Assembly: GCA_965153355.1 (NCBI GenBank)
Contig: OZ231126.1
Coordinates: forward strand, 20,708,001 to 20,772,000
DNA length: 64,000 nt
Reading direction: 5' to 3'
Source: Flaccisagitta enflata
Taxonomy: Eukaryota
Made by a program: the position numbers and the translations under genes. Under the pieces are notes generated by a model. It did not search any database, had not been told where the DNA came from, and saw only the letters and a program-made list of their open reading frames with translations. Positions 35,400-50,927 of this stretch are shown one piece after another (positions within the stretch are counted from its first letter, which is position 1; every line of letters starts with the position of its first letter).

Positions 35400-35499
35400 A
35401 CCAAGAGAGTCGGAGAGACTGACAGATAGAAAAATAATCAGACAAACATACTGAAACTCCATTGTATCCTCAAACTCGTCTGTGACATCTGTGTGCTAC

Positions 35500-35587
<88 letters not shown>

Positions 35588-35621
35588 ACCTGACCAAGAG
35601 ACAGACAGGCACTACACGAAT

Positions 35622-37300
35622 AAAAATCTGATCAGTATCTGGGTCCGCGACGGAGGGGGGTTAAAGATTCACGGTGGGCCTTAATTAAATATGAGTTCAT
35701 AAAAATCCTCAATGGTAGTGACGTGTATGAGTAGGTACAATTCATTGTAGAGAATTGATGTTGACCCTTAAAAAAAAATTTCCCTTGAAAATTTTTGTAA
35801 AATTCATTAAAAATTATCAATTTTCCCTTATGTTTACATATTGATCTGAAGGATATATCTATTCTAAAACTCTGATTCAAGATTCATATTCCTGGTAAAA
35901 TTTCCAATCATTTGAGAGGTCACACTATATAGTTTCATGTAAAAATAAGATTTTCATGTATTAGGCCACCGTTACTTTATTTGTAACAGTGGTATAAAGA
36001 TTGAAAATTTTGTTTATTGATAAAACTATATAGTGCGACCTATCAAATGATTGGAAATTTTATCAGGAAAATGAATCTTGAATCAGAAATTCAAAACACA
36101 TAAATCCTACAGTTTTATATCAAATATAAGGGATAAGGGATAAGGGAAATCTTTTTTTAGGGGTCAACATTTATTCTCCACTAAAAATTGTACCAACTTA
36201 CACAAGTCACTACCATCGAGGATTTTTTTGAACTAATATCCAATTAAGGCCCACTGTGGATTACCAATTCCATAAGATTGCTTTGACCAAAAGATCGCTA
36301 ACCCTGTAAGTTGGCCAAAACTATAAGTGTTAACATTTAGAGCCTCCATACAAAATTTCATGCAAATCCGTTGAAAAATGGCAAAGTTATGCACGTTTTT
36401 CACTTTTGGGCTAATAGGGTGGTTGGGTGGTAGGCTGGTTTGGATATCTTGTGTGCATATGTTGAGTTCTTCCATTTAAAGACTCCATACTAAGTTTCAA
36501 CCAAATTGGTAGAAAAATGTCCAATTTATGCAAGTTTTTCACTTTTAGGAAGGGAAGCTGGTTGGGTGGTAGGTCGGTTTGGCCGTTAAGCATGCTCAAA
36601 CATTAATATATCACATATATGTGTTGAGTCCTTCCATTTAGAGACTCCATACCAAATTTCAACCAAATTGGTTGAAAAACGCCAAAGATGTGCACATTTT
36701 TCACTTTTAAGCTGTTAGGCTGGTTGGATGGTAGGCTGGTTTGACAGGATAAATAGTGCGCATATGTTGAGTTCTTCCATTTAGAGACTCTTTACCAAGT
36801 TTCAACCAAATTATTTAAAAAATGACAAAGTTATGCAAGTTTTTTACTTTTTGGTTGGTAGGCTGGTTGGGTGGTAGGTCGGTTTGGCAGGTTCGCACGC
36901 TCAAATGCATATTAATCACATACATATGTTGGGTCCTTCCATTTAGAGACTCCAAACCAAATTTCAATCAAATTGGTTAAAAAATGCCAAAGTTATGGAC
37001 GTTTTTCACTTAGGCTGGTTGGGCTGGTTTGATCACAAAAATCAGATAGGATGTAAAGCGCCTTACCCTAGTTCAACTTCCCACCAAATATAAACCAAAT
37101 TGGTCAAAGCATAAAAAAGTTTTCCATTTTTTAAATTCCGTGATAACGACGACACCCACCCGCCTTGAATTATAGTCCGCGTCGGAATAATATTCCCACC
37201 AAATATAAACCAAATTGGTCAAAGCGTAAAAAAGTTATCCATTTTTTAAATTCCATGATAACGACGACGACGACACCCACCCGCCTTGAATTATAGTCCG
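35622..37300 (+). mobile_element. Second copy of the same Helentron-like family, interrupted by a MITE
   Basis: Same AAAAATCT...GGGTCCGCGAC start, same tandem unit, and a duplicated CACCCACCCGCCTTGAATTATAGTCCG end. Confidence 0.6.
35670..36258. mobile_element. Foldback MITE with CAC...GTG ends and 4-bp TSD (Chapaev-like)
   Basis: TIR CACGGTGGGCCTTAATT / AATTAAGGCCCACTGTG. GATT flanks both sides. Confidence 0.8.
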
Positions 37301-37939
37301 GGCAGGAGCTGTATGCTCAAAAAATTCAAAACACTGTAAAAGTAATAGTCGCAAAAGTGTTAGATGGTAGGTTGTGGTTGAAGTTGAGGGGGGAGCAGGG
37401 CAGCGACTCCGTAGGGGTCAATGACCTATACTTTCACTCATATGGGGTATTTTCTCCTCATTCTTCTTCTCCTCCTCCGCACCCTACCTCTCCCAGCCTC
37501 CAGGCCCATATCTCAGCCTGGAGGCCCATATCCTAGCCTCAAGGCCCAAATCCCTAGAGACAAGAATCTGGGCCTTAGGATTGGGATCTGGGCCTTAGGA
37601 TTGGGATTTGGGTCTTAAGGGTGGGATTTGGGCCTCAAGACTGGGATTTGGGCCTCGAGGCTGGGATATGGACCTCCAGGCTGAGATATGGACCTGTAGG
37701 CTGGGGGAAGGGGGGGTACAAAGAAGGAGAAGAAGAAGCAGGAGGAGGAGAAAATTCCCCATAAAAGTGAAAGCATAGTTCATCAGCCCCTTTGGGGCCC
37801 CTGTCTAAAAATGGAATCAACCAACCGACTGACCAACCAACCAAGCGACGGACCAACTAGCGCGTTAATGAAACAGAGAAAATATCTAGTTCTGAAATTA
37901 CCACCCTTGAGGATTTACTGGCATATTGGCAAAAGGTTG

Positions 37940-39995
37940 CGAATCTGCAGTCAAAAATGGTCTCAGGTCAATATTTCGATAGGCTATGGCTACATTTTTC
38001 AGGTCAAAATACTATATAAGGTCAAATTTTCTGACATTATCGATCAAAAAAAGGTTAAATCTAGACAGAAGACCAATTTTACTAACAGGGTCCAGAAATG
38101 TGTAAAAAGTGTGATTTAATTCCACCCACTGGTCACAAGTCTAATTTTAGGGTGGGGAATCTGCTCAGAACATCAAAAAAATTTTCTGGCCAAGATTTAG
38201 GACGTTACCGCTGCATATCTCAGGTCAAAAGGCCATATAAGGTCAAAATTTCAAAGTGGGAAATTTGAAAATCTGATTGCAAATTCAGAATCCTTGTGAA
38301 AAAACTACCAAAAGAAAGTGCCTTTCCTTTTTTGGCAGCGGCCCCAAAGGGCCAATGTCCTGTAGGACACAGGGTGAATTTCCAGACATCCTTCCGTACA
38401 TGTGTCTATCCATATATCTGACCGTCCATACATCCGTCTGTCCCTCCCCCCCGCATCAAAGCTTCTGAGCCTCATGTTCCCATTGAATGCAAAACTGAAG
38501 AAATGCAAAATTCCTATTAAATAACAAGGAAAGTAGCCCCAAAGGCCTCAAATGTGCCTTCTCAGGACATCTGAAAATTCACCCGTGTCCTACAGGACAT
38601 CGGCCCTTTGAGGCCGCTGCCCTGCTCTCACTCCACTTTTACAGCTAACTACTTCAAACAGGGCATTGGGCACCGCTGACCATGTGCGATCCTTGGATGA
38701 CTAGTTTGAAATTCCTTCTGGAACACAGTTGAAATTATCTTCAATCGTCAAAATAAACCAAATTTTAAATAAAAGAGCAAATTTGACATGCACGTTACCT
38801 TTAAAATTAAATTAGACCATGTTCTAGTTGGATTATCAAAGAAAAGAAAGACACTTTCTACTCATACCTTTTTGCAAGGATTCTGAATCTGCAATCAGAA
38901 TGTCAAATTTCCCACTTTGAAATTTTGACCTTATATAGCCTTTTGACCTGAGATATGCAGCGCACTGTGCTTTTATAAAAATTTTAAGTGGAAAGTCATA
39001 TAACTGTGGGTTTTTCTGCATTTTTGAGCAGTATTGGGATGTAAGAGCATGTAACTAGCAAAAATAAAATCATTCCCCAAGCGCTTTTTGAGTAATCTTC
39101 AAAATAGAAAAAAATCAAACCTATTTGTAATGCAGATTCTAATGAGTTGTATTGGCTCATTTTTTGATTCCATATTGTTATTCTATAGAAAATTTCCTTT
39201 CATTTGATAGGTCACACTATATGGTTTTATATAGAAATTAGGTTTTCATATTTTGAGCCACCATTACTTTTTTGTAACGGTGACTCAAAAAATGAAAATT
39301 CTAATTCTTTGCAAAAGTATAGAGTGCGACCTATCAAATGAAAGGGAATTTTGCATAGATTAACAATATAGAATCAGAAATTTAGTCAACACATACCAGA
39401 AATATCTGCATTGAAATTAGGTCTATTTTTTTCTGATTTTGAAGGTTACTCAAAAAACGCTCAGGGAATGATTTTGTTTTTTCTAATTACATGCTCTTAC
39501 ACCCCAATACTGCTCAAAAATGCAGAAAAACCCACAGTCATATGACTTTCTACTCAGAATTGTTTAAAAAGCACAGTGACGTGGTAGCGGCCCAAATCTT
39601 GACCAGAAAATTTTTTGGATGGTCTGTGCTGATTCCCCACCCTAAAATTGGTCTTATGACAAGTGGATGAAATTAGATCACGTTTCTAGACCCTGTTACC
39701 AATTTTACTCTATTTTGGATGCTGGACGCTAATTTTGACCATGTTCCACTCAAAATAGAAAGCCACTTTCTTTTTAGAGTTTTTCCCAAAGATTTTGAAT
39801 CTGCACTCAGATTGACAAATTTCCAACTTTGAAAATTTGACCTTATGTAGTATTTTGAACTGAGAAATGTAGCCGTAGCCTATCAAAATATTGACCTGAG
39901 ACCATTTTTGACTGCAGATTTAAATACCTGGGGTTAACATTGGTCTAGTATGGGATGGACGGTAAGAGCCCAGAATTTTGATATGATCCTGAGAT
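37940..39995. mobile_element. Nested foldback/MITE cluster
   Basis: Outer inverted arms 37940-38030 / 39830-39920, middle arms 38118-38210 / 39583-39676, and an inner palindromic element 38963-39578 (CACTGTGC...GCACAGTG). Confidence 0.75.
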
Positions 39996-40206
39996 TTTTT
40001 ACTGTAAACGCACTGCGGCCCTGTACCCCATCCACTGAATAATTCAATTGCTTCTAGTCAAATTCAGGTAAAAATGAGAAAGCAAAAATTGCGTCATTGA
40101 ACATTTATTGAAAATAGGGTTTATACACGCATGTACTGAATCTATTAACAAGGAGCAAAATATCTTACAATGAATACTCAACAAAAGAATATGAGTCATA
40201 ATCATA

Positions 40207-40795
40207 CAGGGTGTATCATGCCAAATTAGATATAAGAAAACGATGGCATTCTGCTTCTAAAAGTGCAAAAATAATTTTGAAAAAAGATTCAAAGAGCACA
40301 TGAGCTCCGGTTTTTTGTGTAAAAATTTCATGGGTCTGGGTCAAATATTGTAGCCACAATATCAATTTGAAATAAATTGAGCATTTCGAGGAGAAGCACT
40401 TTGAACATGATTTTGATTCTGAAAGTTTTTTTTTGAATTGCTCTCATTTCTAAACGACTTAAGTTACAGATGCCAGATTGGTCCCAAATTAAAGCTTATC
40501 AAATTTTCTTTAATTTGAGACCAATCTGGCAAATATGGCTCAAGCCGTTTAGAAATGAGAGCAATTCAAAGAAAAACTTTCAGCATCACAATCATATCCA
40601 AAAAGCTTCTCCTCTAAATGCTCAGTTCACTTCAAATTAATGTTGTGGCTAGAATATTTGACCCAGACTCTTAAAATTTTCACACAAAAAACCGGAGCTT
40701 GTATGCTCTTTGAATCTTTTTTCAGATCTATTTTTACACTTTTAGAAGCAGAATGCCATCGTTTTCTTATATCTAATTTGGCATGATACACCCTG
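40207..40795. mobile_element. Tc1/mariner-type palindromic MITE
   Basis: TA|CAGGGTGTATCATGCCAAATTAG...CTAATTTGGCATGATACACCCTG|TA. The arms span almost the whole element. Confidence 0.9.
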
Positions 40796-42589
40796 TAATT
40801 GCACAAAATTCGGCACATAGTTAAGTCAATGTGGAAAAGCAGGACAAAGCTCGGGAAAAAAGTTAAACCAAGCTGCATCAGGATTAGACTGTATGACAGT
40901 ATGAAATGTTAATGCCAGTGTTTAAGGCCTGTATATAGTTCCACATTTCCCCCCCCCCGTGGGGGGGAATTGAGGGTTTGGAGAGAGGGAAGGAAAAGAA
41001 AGGAGGAAAAAAAGAAGAGAAAATTTTTTGGAAAATTTAATTAGCGCTAACAAATTATAAAGCACAATTTAGCACTGATCAGACCTTAAACATTTTTTGT
41101 TGCGTGCTACACGACTCTACACCCCTCTTTGTTGGTCCGTCGGTTGGTCAGTCGGTTGATCAGTCAGTCATCTTTTTACTTTTTTGGCGTTTTTAAGCTT
41201 TTTGAGCTCACAGCATTTTAAGTCATTCTAAATTATTCATATCAAGTTATATTAAGTCACCTAAATCAATAAGGTCAATATGGTCATTAAAGTCATTTTA
41301 AGTCATTTCAGGTCACCTTGAGTCATTTAAACTCAATTTAAGTCATCTTAAGCTATTTATGTCCTGCACGCGACATAAGCTGAGGGCCTTGTTTATTGGC
41401 AAATTGGGAAGAAAATCAGATTTAATAACGCGTCCCGATGTGTTGCAGGTAAGAAAATCCAAAGCAAGGGGGCAGGAATTAATTCAAGGTCATGGAACTA
41501 TATACATCCCTGTTATGTTACGAGCTTTTAAGTTGCAAACACGGAACTCCATAAGACGCTGTCTGTCCGTCCGTCCAGAAAAGTTGATAATTGAGCGTAT
41601 TAGATACAATTTGTAAATATTTGTGTGTGGATGGGGGGTGGATGCCCCTACCCACCCAACGGCAACGATATTTTGACCCGCGTAACGTGTTTAATATACT
41701 CGCAGCTCTTTAAGACGTTCATGGGTCACTGTCCTCTTAACAAAAACCACATTTTTTGGCAATTATCAGCCATGGTGAGATTTGACACTTTCGACAAGCA
41801 GTAAAATCATTGCTAAACATTTAAGAGACTCCTTTAAGTATATGTAAGAACATCAAGCAGTCCATCCATCCGTAGCAGACACATTTGACGCAAATTTCTA
41901 TTGACGTAATGACACAGTAAAGACTTAATTATCGGCAGATCAGGCTTGCTTCTCCAACTTTTCATCAGTTGCATTTCTCAAGTATTTCGCTCCGAGTTGT
42001 TTTTTTCATTGCTGCTGATGTCTGACGTAAAAGTTTTTGATTCCATTTCCATTAGTTTTTGTGGTTGGTGTTGTCGCAGTCTTGGTCATCGCTGGTGCCA
42101 GAGCAGTTGTTGCTGTTAGTGTTGCTACAGTTAATGCCGCCGGTATTATCTTTTCTGCTGCATGCTGTTGCCGCGAATACCAGCGCCGATGTGGAAGCAA
42201 CTGCAAGCTGGTGCCGTCGTTCTTTAACGACGTTGTGGCAACTAGTAACTTGTACAGAAATCATTGATCGTCATCTTTGGCGTAATTTGCTTTGGTCCAA
42301 AGCGGTAACGGCAGCCATCCGAAAACTGAGACAAGAAAGAATATCGTGAAATATTGGAGAGGGGAAGACAAAGAAACAAGGCCAAGTAGGCCAACAGGTG
42401 TGAGGTGTGGATCATCGAATGAATGCGTTACCAACCGATCGACCAACCGACCAACCGACCGACAGACAGCCAGTTATAGAGGTGCTTTGTCGCACCTAAA
42501 AAGAGAGGAGTGTTTGTGTGAGCGTGTTTGTGTGTGCATGTATGTGTGTGAGTGAGTGAGAGAGGCGAAGTGAGAGACACGAAAAAACG

Positions 42590-42703
<114 letters not shown>

Positions 42704-42957
42704 GAGACAGAGAGAGAGAGACAGAGAGAGAGAGAGAAACCTGACCAAGAGACAGACAGGCACTACACGAATAAAAACAAGGCCGGATACACGGCTACCC
42801 CAGTTGCATGCGGGTGGGCAGGAGCAGTGCTGGAGGTCACTACGGCATCTAGGCAGGAGCTGAATGCTCAAAAAATTCAAAACACCGTAAAAGTGATAGT
42901 CGCAAAAGTGTTAGATGGTCAGCACTAACCGTGCCCTGCTTAAGTAGGTTGTGGTTG

Positions 42958-43054
<97 letters not shown>

Positions 43055-46000
43055 GACAGAGACCGAGAAAGACCAAGAAACAACACAGTATTGACCAAGA
43101 GACAGAGTGACCAAGAGACAATGAGAGAGAATAAAATAGAGAGAGAGAGAGAGGATTGAGTATACTGTAAAGAATGTCGTTAACAAACATTATGATACAA
43201 ACCTCATGTGGTACATCACTGACGCATTACGTAGCATAATTGTAAATTTGTAAGAGCTTGATTCCCGCGGCTTGAATCCTTCCATTCCTGCGACCTGAAA
43301 GCAGCGAATGATGAAAAAAGTCACTATCCATCCTTGCAACTCAGTACGTCCGTCTAAAATTAGGGTGGCGTCTTTCCACCAATATGCAGAAAACGCCTGT
43401 GCCGTACAATTATTTCGGCAATACTCAAGATCCTTCTCCACATGGAAAAGATCAATCCTCAGATCCAGCCTAAAATCACGCATATGATGGCCAATGAACT
43501 TAAGCCTATTATCATTTTAAGAACATTTATCTTATCCACTGTGTACGTAGTATTCCACATTCCCTCACTAAGACACATAAACAAGGCCGGATACACGGCC
43601 AATACCAGCCCCGGTCGGGTGGGCAGGGGCGAAAATGCGCGTTTTCGCACTTTCTCAACTCGATCACCTCTACGGACCGGGCTTTTTAGTCGCTGCCTAA
43701 GCGACTCTATAAGAGGGTGTGTCTTTAGGAAGGTAACACGAAAGTTTTGATGACGCGAAATCAACTGAACAAGGTCATTAGACCTAAGTCGCGTGCGTCG
43801 GCACTTTCAAAAAATGTCAGGCAGACAGACGGATAGACATTTTTTTTCAAGAACAGCTCTGAAATGCTTGTTAACTCCTCTAAGTTTCTTTTCACAATTC
43901 AGAGATATAAAAACCGCAATGGAAAGCCTTTAAAACAACTTTGTGATGGACTGACTGACCAACAGACTGACAGACAGACGAACTGACTAACAGACTGACC
44001 AACCAACCAACAAATGCTTATTGATGCATTACAATCCTTAAAAATTGCTTAAAAATGTTAAAAACACTTTTTAAAGGACTTTGTGACGGACGGACCGACC
44101 GACCGCGACTCTATAAGAGGGTGTGTCCGTAGGAAGGTAACACGAAAGTTTTAATGACGCGAAATCAACTGAAAAACGGATTACAGACAATCGCAGCTCC
44201 TGCCTGGCGTCAATACAGCCCCCACCCACTCATATACTGCCCCTGCCCACCAGCAGCGACTTAGGATTGGCCGTGTATCCAGCCTTGTTAAGTTTTGTTC
44301 CTAACCTCAAGTTATAGTTCTTTTAAGGGTCAAATTTGAATGTTTATTAACAACCTCAAAATTGTTAATTTTTACACCTTAAAGGGGCTGTAATTTTAGT
44401 TAAAGCACCAAACTGAAAAAATGCCCTGATGGCGCCAAATTGATACCTCAATCATACTCCTAGCCTCAACGTACTGAGCTCTAGGAGGGGGTGCTACAGT
44501 ATTCCTTTCCATAAGTGGGGGACTATCGTTCAATGACACTTTGATCTGTTTGCAACCACATGTCGAGAAGCTGACTGTATAATCACAAACCATGCTGAAA
44601 GACGAGACTGGCACTAACAGAAGCTTTCTGATGGATCCCGTGCGCAGAGCCTTGCTTTGAAACTCGGGTACAGCTTGTCACGAAACCGCCCCCTGATGAT
44701 GAATGGAATAAGTGTAATTAAACATTTCTTTCGACAAAATTTTCTGCCAGTCCACCAATCTATCACTTGATTAATCACAATTCTCCCTTTAATACATGTA
44801 GTTTTCTGCAATGTGTGCAAAACATTGAGCAGATTTAAGTAATAGTAGTGTAGCTGACAGACACGGACTACGCGGCTACCGTAGTTGCGTGCGGGTGGGC
44901 AGGAGCAGTACTGGAGAAGGTCACTGGGGCATCTGGGCAGGAGCCGCATGCTCAAAAAGCTCAAAAACGCCAAAAAAGTAAAAAGGAGACCGACCAACCA
45001 ACCAACCGACCTACCAACCAACCAACATAGCGGGGTGTAGAGTCGCGTAGCACGCAACTAAAAAGAACTCCTGCCTTACCTTTGATTATTTGTCAGATGA
45101 GTGATCATTGCGCACTGTCGACTGTCATCTCCTTTGCTATGAGGATATGGTTGGTCGACATCCAGTTTCTAGCCAGAGGCCTATTCTCCTGATTAAAAAA
45201 ATGAAGTGCATAAAACCCTTTGTATGTTTGAAAGTAACACCTTTACAATTGGAATACAGTTTTTGAAGGTCCTGAAAAACAATCAATGAAGCGTTGTAGC
45301 GAAGCTTTCTTCGTGGAACCTATGCCGTGCATGAAGAAATAAACCTGCCACAAAGAAAAACCAAATGAGCATAGAAACCGGGCATGGCACTCCAACGCAA
45401 AGTTTGCGCTCCTTGCTGAAGCGGTGGCCAGGAATACACAGATCAACCTAAAGGAAAGTGATTGATATCAGATAAACTTAAGGAAGTTACACTTTATTCA
45501 ATAAGAACGTCATTTTTTTAAGAAGGCCAAATTAAACTTTCAGCGTTTTTGAAGCGTTCATGATTTTAAATACTAATTATAGCAAACCATATAATTTATT
45601 GTTATTCAACAATACTAAATTCATATTCATTTATAACTGCTAAAAAAGACAATTTTAAAATTTAGAGATACTTCTATAGCATTTATATTGAATAAAGTAG
45701 AATAATCTTATAACATACTAATTTTAAGTATTAGATCAATAATTTTTAAGTTTTACCATTTCCCAAATGATTTCCTCTCGATTGAAAACCTTCAAATATA
45801 TTTTATATTAAGACTATTTAAAGCCTTGATGTTCTCCTAACTACGTTCTTATAAAAAAAAAGTGTGTTCAAGTATCTCAGAATCATTTGACAACCTTCAT
45901 ATTGTAGATTACGTCTAGACTTGAAATGACGGAAGACGATAGAAAGACAAAAAGAACCAAAAGACTGACTTTTTAAATGTTAACTAAAATTACACGCTGT

Positions 46001-46263
46001 ATTTTGTCTAAGAACACTGTTTAGCGTTTATAAGAACATCAGCCTCAGAAATAAGAAAAAATAAGAACATCCTAAGAACATGCTCAGGCTCAGATGTCAG
46101 TATAAATATGTTCTCAGGTACTTTTGATATTAATTTTTAACAAAACTAAGAAAGAAAGTTGTACAGAATCGAATTCTCCAACCTAAACAATTCAATCAGT
46201 TACTTTCTCATTTACATTATTTTTAAATTTTATAATTTGCAAAGATAAAATCTAATATGGACT

Positions 46264-48644
46264 CACGGTTTTCAAGGGATCGGTTCAACCCTTATGAAAA
46301 CAGCAGCTCTTGAGACTTGGCATGCTATTCCCAAACACCATGGGGCAGGCCGGAAAAATGCGCGCAAAAAAATCCGTATTGTAGGAAGCCGTCAATTGCC
46401 ATCTACTTATCAAGATGACATGGTGCACATTTTCGCAAGATCCTGTAAAACTAATCTAATGAATTAGTCATAAGATGCTTGCTTTACATCGCCTTATTTG
46501 TCTTCGAAATGTCACAATACAATCCCACAAAAAACTAGGTTGTCCTTATGTTGTCCTGGACTTGTCCTAAAGATGTCAAAGTTTATCTTGTCCTATAGAT
46601 GTCAAAGTTTATCTATGAGTAGTTAACAGATCTAAAGAATCATTTCGTCATTGCTAAAATTGTTCAATCCTGACTAAAAAAAAAAAAAAATGATTTAGAG
46701 GTCCTAGCATTGTTGTGAAACTGTCCTTGAGTTATTCTGGAGTTGTCCTTAAGTTGTCCTTGAGATATCCTGGGTTGTCCAGAAGTTGTCTTGGGATTCC
46801 TCTACTGTTGTAAGAGCTATTTTCTATACTAATCAAGGTTGGTAAGACAGTGATGGTTGGTTAGGCTATGGCAGAAATGCAAACGTCACTCGCAATTAAG
46901 AAATGTGAGGGACGGACAGAACGACTGGTGGGTTGACAGACGGACTGATGGAGCAACACAGCAATATGTATAGTTGCGTGTCCACAAGTAAAAACTCACC
47001 ATTCACAGATCTCGACCTTCCCAGTTACAACCACAGCCCTGTCCTTCAGCAACCCACTCAGCCGCTCCCCCTTCTGTTCCTCCCCCCCACTGCATAGTCG
47101 CTTGGAACCCTTGCTGTTATACGCATTTTTAGTCGCGTGCTACGCAACTCTATAAGCCACTTTTTGGTTGGTCCGTTGGTTGGTCCGTCAGTCGGTCGGT
47201 CCGTAATAGTCGTTTTAAAGGCTTTTCTTTGCATTTTTTATGTCTCTGAATAGTGGTGAAGAAACTTAAAGTAGTAAACAGCCATTTCAAATGTCTTTTG
47301 GAAAAAAAAGATGTGTGTCTATATGTCTTCCTGACTTTTTTTGAAAGTGCCGAGGCACGCGACTTAGGTCTAATGACCTTGTTTAATCGCATGCTACACC
47401 ACTCTACACCCCGCTATGTTGGTTGGTCGGTTGGTTGGTTGGTCGGTTGCTCTCCTTTTTGGGCAGCGGCCCAAAGGGCCAATGTCCTGTAGGACACAGG
47501 AGTGAATTTCCATATGTCTATCTGCACGTCCATATGCACACATGTCTCCCCCCCCGGCCCCTCATGGACTTCAAATCAGCCCTCTTAGGCCCCAAATCAG
47601 CCACCTCAGGCCCCAAATCAGCCCTCTTAGACCCCAAATCAACCCTTTCAGATCAAATGTTAGCCCTCCCAAACCTAAAATCAACTCTCTTAGACCCAAA
47701 ATTAGCTCTCAGGCCCAAAATCTGTCCAATAAGGCTCAGGACATCAGCCCTTTGGGGCCGCTGCCCTGCTCTCAGTCCACTCCTTTAGCAGATTACTCCA
47801 AGCAGGGCATCGGGTACCGCTGACCATTTAACGCTTTTGCAGACAAACAGGTTCATATAAGGCTTTTTCTGTCCATTGGTCAGTTGGTCCATTAGTTTAT
47901 CAGTCCGTCACGCTCGAGTTAAAACCCGAAAAAAACGCCCATTTCTGATAGCAGATGTTATTGTGGGGGTCAGGGTGAGTGTGTGTGTGGGGGCATAAGT
48001 GTATGGCGCGATATTTCAAAGGGCCGTCGGCAACCAGTTTCAAGTCCGACAGAGCTTCAAGCCCGACAGGAATTGTTTCTTATTCTGTCTTTTTCAATCC
48101 TAAATCATATTCTCATGTAATAAATAGCAGCCAAATTTGATAAAAAAACACACATTCTTTCTCATTCTTCTCCTGAGATTGCTTTTTATCCTCCAGTTTT
48201 TCTTTTTCTTTATTCTTCTTCATTTTTTGTCCTCTTTTTCTTCATGGGCTTGAGTCCGACAGGGGTGTAAGTCCGACAAACAGGGACGTCGGCTGACGTC
48301 CCTGACATCCCTCCCCGTACACCCATGTGTGGGGGAGGGGTTGGGGTGGGGGAGTGAGGCTGAGGGTAGGCAATGATATTGTGATCCCTAAGTGATGAAA
48401 TGGGGATGTTTTTATGACTCAACATTTTGGGTCCCTGATTCACTCAAATTCTGCGCGAATATATTTTCGTCTTAAATGGATTGGTGCTGGGAGCAATGTC
48501 ATATGAGTGGCATAAATTGGCATAATTTGACCCGAGAGTTTCTTTTTTGCACCATATTAAAAATTTTAAAATACCCTTCCCGGTGGAAATACGAGTCAAA
48601 ATGAGTCCTTAATCAGTTAATGACTGTTGTGCCTTAAAAGTCTC

Positions 48645-48698
<54 letters not shown>

Positions 48699-50126
48699 TC
48701 CTTCAATTCAACCAATTACACTTCCACGCGTAATACAACGTGAAGATTGCATAAACCGTAAAAAACGGTTAGCACCCCCACCTACAGCTTAGGACAAAAC
48801 TTCCACAGGATCATTTGGGGTATCATTCTGTAGCTTGTTACAGTATAATTTACGCCACCGAGGCGATTTTTTAATTTCACTCCCATTCTTGAGAAATTCT
48901 ACCCCAAACACAGGCGGCGGACACCCCCTTGGGAGGTCAAAAAATCCGCCTTTTGGGGTGAACATCTCTTGAACGGAGGTGAAATTAAAAAATCGCCTCA
49001 GTGGCGTAAATTGTATTGATATAACCTATCGAACAATACCATACATGTCCATGTGGCAATTGCGACATGAGCTGCAAGGGGGGTGTTGTACCTTTTTTAG
49101 TCGCGGACTAGCGACTCTATAAGAGGCTTTGTCCGTCCGTCCGTCGGTCGGTTGGTTGGTTGGTCGGTTGGTCGGTTGGTCGGTTGGTTGGTCGGTCCGT
49201 CACGCTTGAGTCGAAAAGTGGGAAAACACGCATTTCCGCCCCTGCCCACCCGTCCGTGACTGGTATTGGCCGTGTATCCGGCCTTGTTGTAATCTTCACG
49301 TTGTATTCAACGTGCATGTACAATGTGTACATAATTACCTCTCAACCCTGCCCATTGATTAATTTGCGCTTCTTTTTTTGGGGGGGGGGCACCATCTGTT
49401 GAATCTGTTGCTAGCAGTATATTATGGGTCTGCGGACTGGCCAGTCCTTCCTTTTGGCCGTCCTTTTGGTAGTACCTAAATATAAATACTGATTGGTAAA
49501 ACATAATCTAACATTAATTGAACCTTAAAAACACTGTTTTATTGCTATATGGGGAAGAAAATCATAAGGATTGTTACGCATGGCGACGCGTCAGGGTGAA
49601 GAAAATCAAAGGCGGGGGGAGGGAATTAATTGAAGGTCATAGAACTATATACACCCCTGTATTTAACATAGAAAGTAAAGTGGGCCAATAAGGTGCGCCG
49701 TGTGGATCGTGGAACGAATGCAATACAGACCGACCAACCTACCGACCAATTGACAGACGCAGCCAGTTATAGAGGCTCGTTTTAAAAGGGTTTAACGGTA
49801 AATAACCTAAACAAGGCCGGATACATGGCTACCCCAGTTGCGTGCGGGTGCGCAGGGGCCATAATTGAGATCATTTGGGCAGGAGCAGTCAGGCCAAAAA
49901 CCACAGCAACCCAAAAAAAGTGAAGTGTGACAGACGGACCGATGGACCAACAAAGCAGGGTGTAGAGGCGCGTAGCATGTGACTAGAAATTCGAGTAAAC
50001 AAAACTTCATTGTAACAATCTATTAGAAAAAAAACAACCAGGAAGGGGGAAGAGGTGGGGAGGGGGGGGGGGTGACTTGAGAACTATTTGGTCGAGTTAA
50101 ATGGTACAGCCGTCAGAGCTGTTCAT

Positions 50127-50216
<90 letters not shown>

Positions 50217-50302
50217 ACACACACACACACACACACTGAAACACACACAAACACACACACCTACACCCACACCCACACACACAAACTGAAACACACACAC
50301 TG

Positions 50303-50367
<65 letters not shown>

Positions 50368-50872
50368 AAACACTCACTGAAACACACATGCATACTGAAA
50401 CACACACGCACACACACGCATACTGAAAAACACACACACACACACACACACACATGAAGACATGCACCCACAAGGGAAAGCGGATGGGTTTTGTGGAATA
50501 AAGGGGGGGGGAAGAGGCAACAAAAGCAATAATACACAGCAGTGAAACATACACATTATTCAACAAAAGATTTTTAGTCGCATGCTACGCGACTGTTCTC
50601 TGCTATGTTGGTCCGTCGGTCAGTCGGTTGGTCGGTTTTTTGGCGTTTTTGAGCTTTTTGAGCATACAGCTCCTGCCCAGATGCCCTAGTGACCTCCAGC
50701 ACTGCTCCTGCCCACCTGCACGGGACTAAGGTAGCTGTGTATCCTGCCTTGTTTCATATGAAGTAAATTCACATGGTCTTTCCCTTTCCCATCGATAAAA
50801 ACATTTTTTGCAAAAAACATCCCCAACAATATCAACAACAACAATAGCAACAACAACAACAACAACAATAGC

Positions 50873-50927
<55 letters not shown>

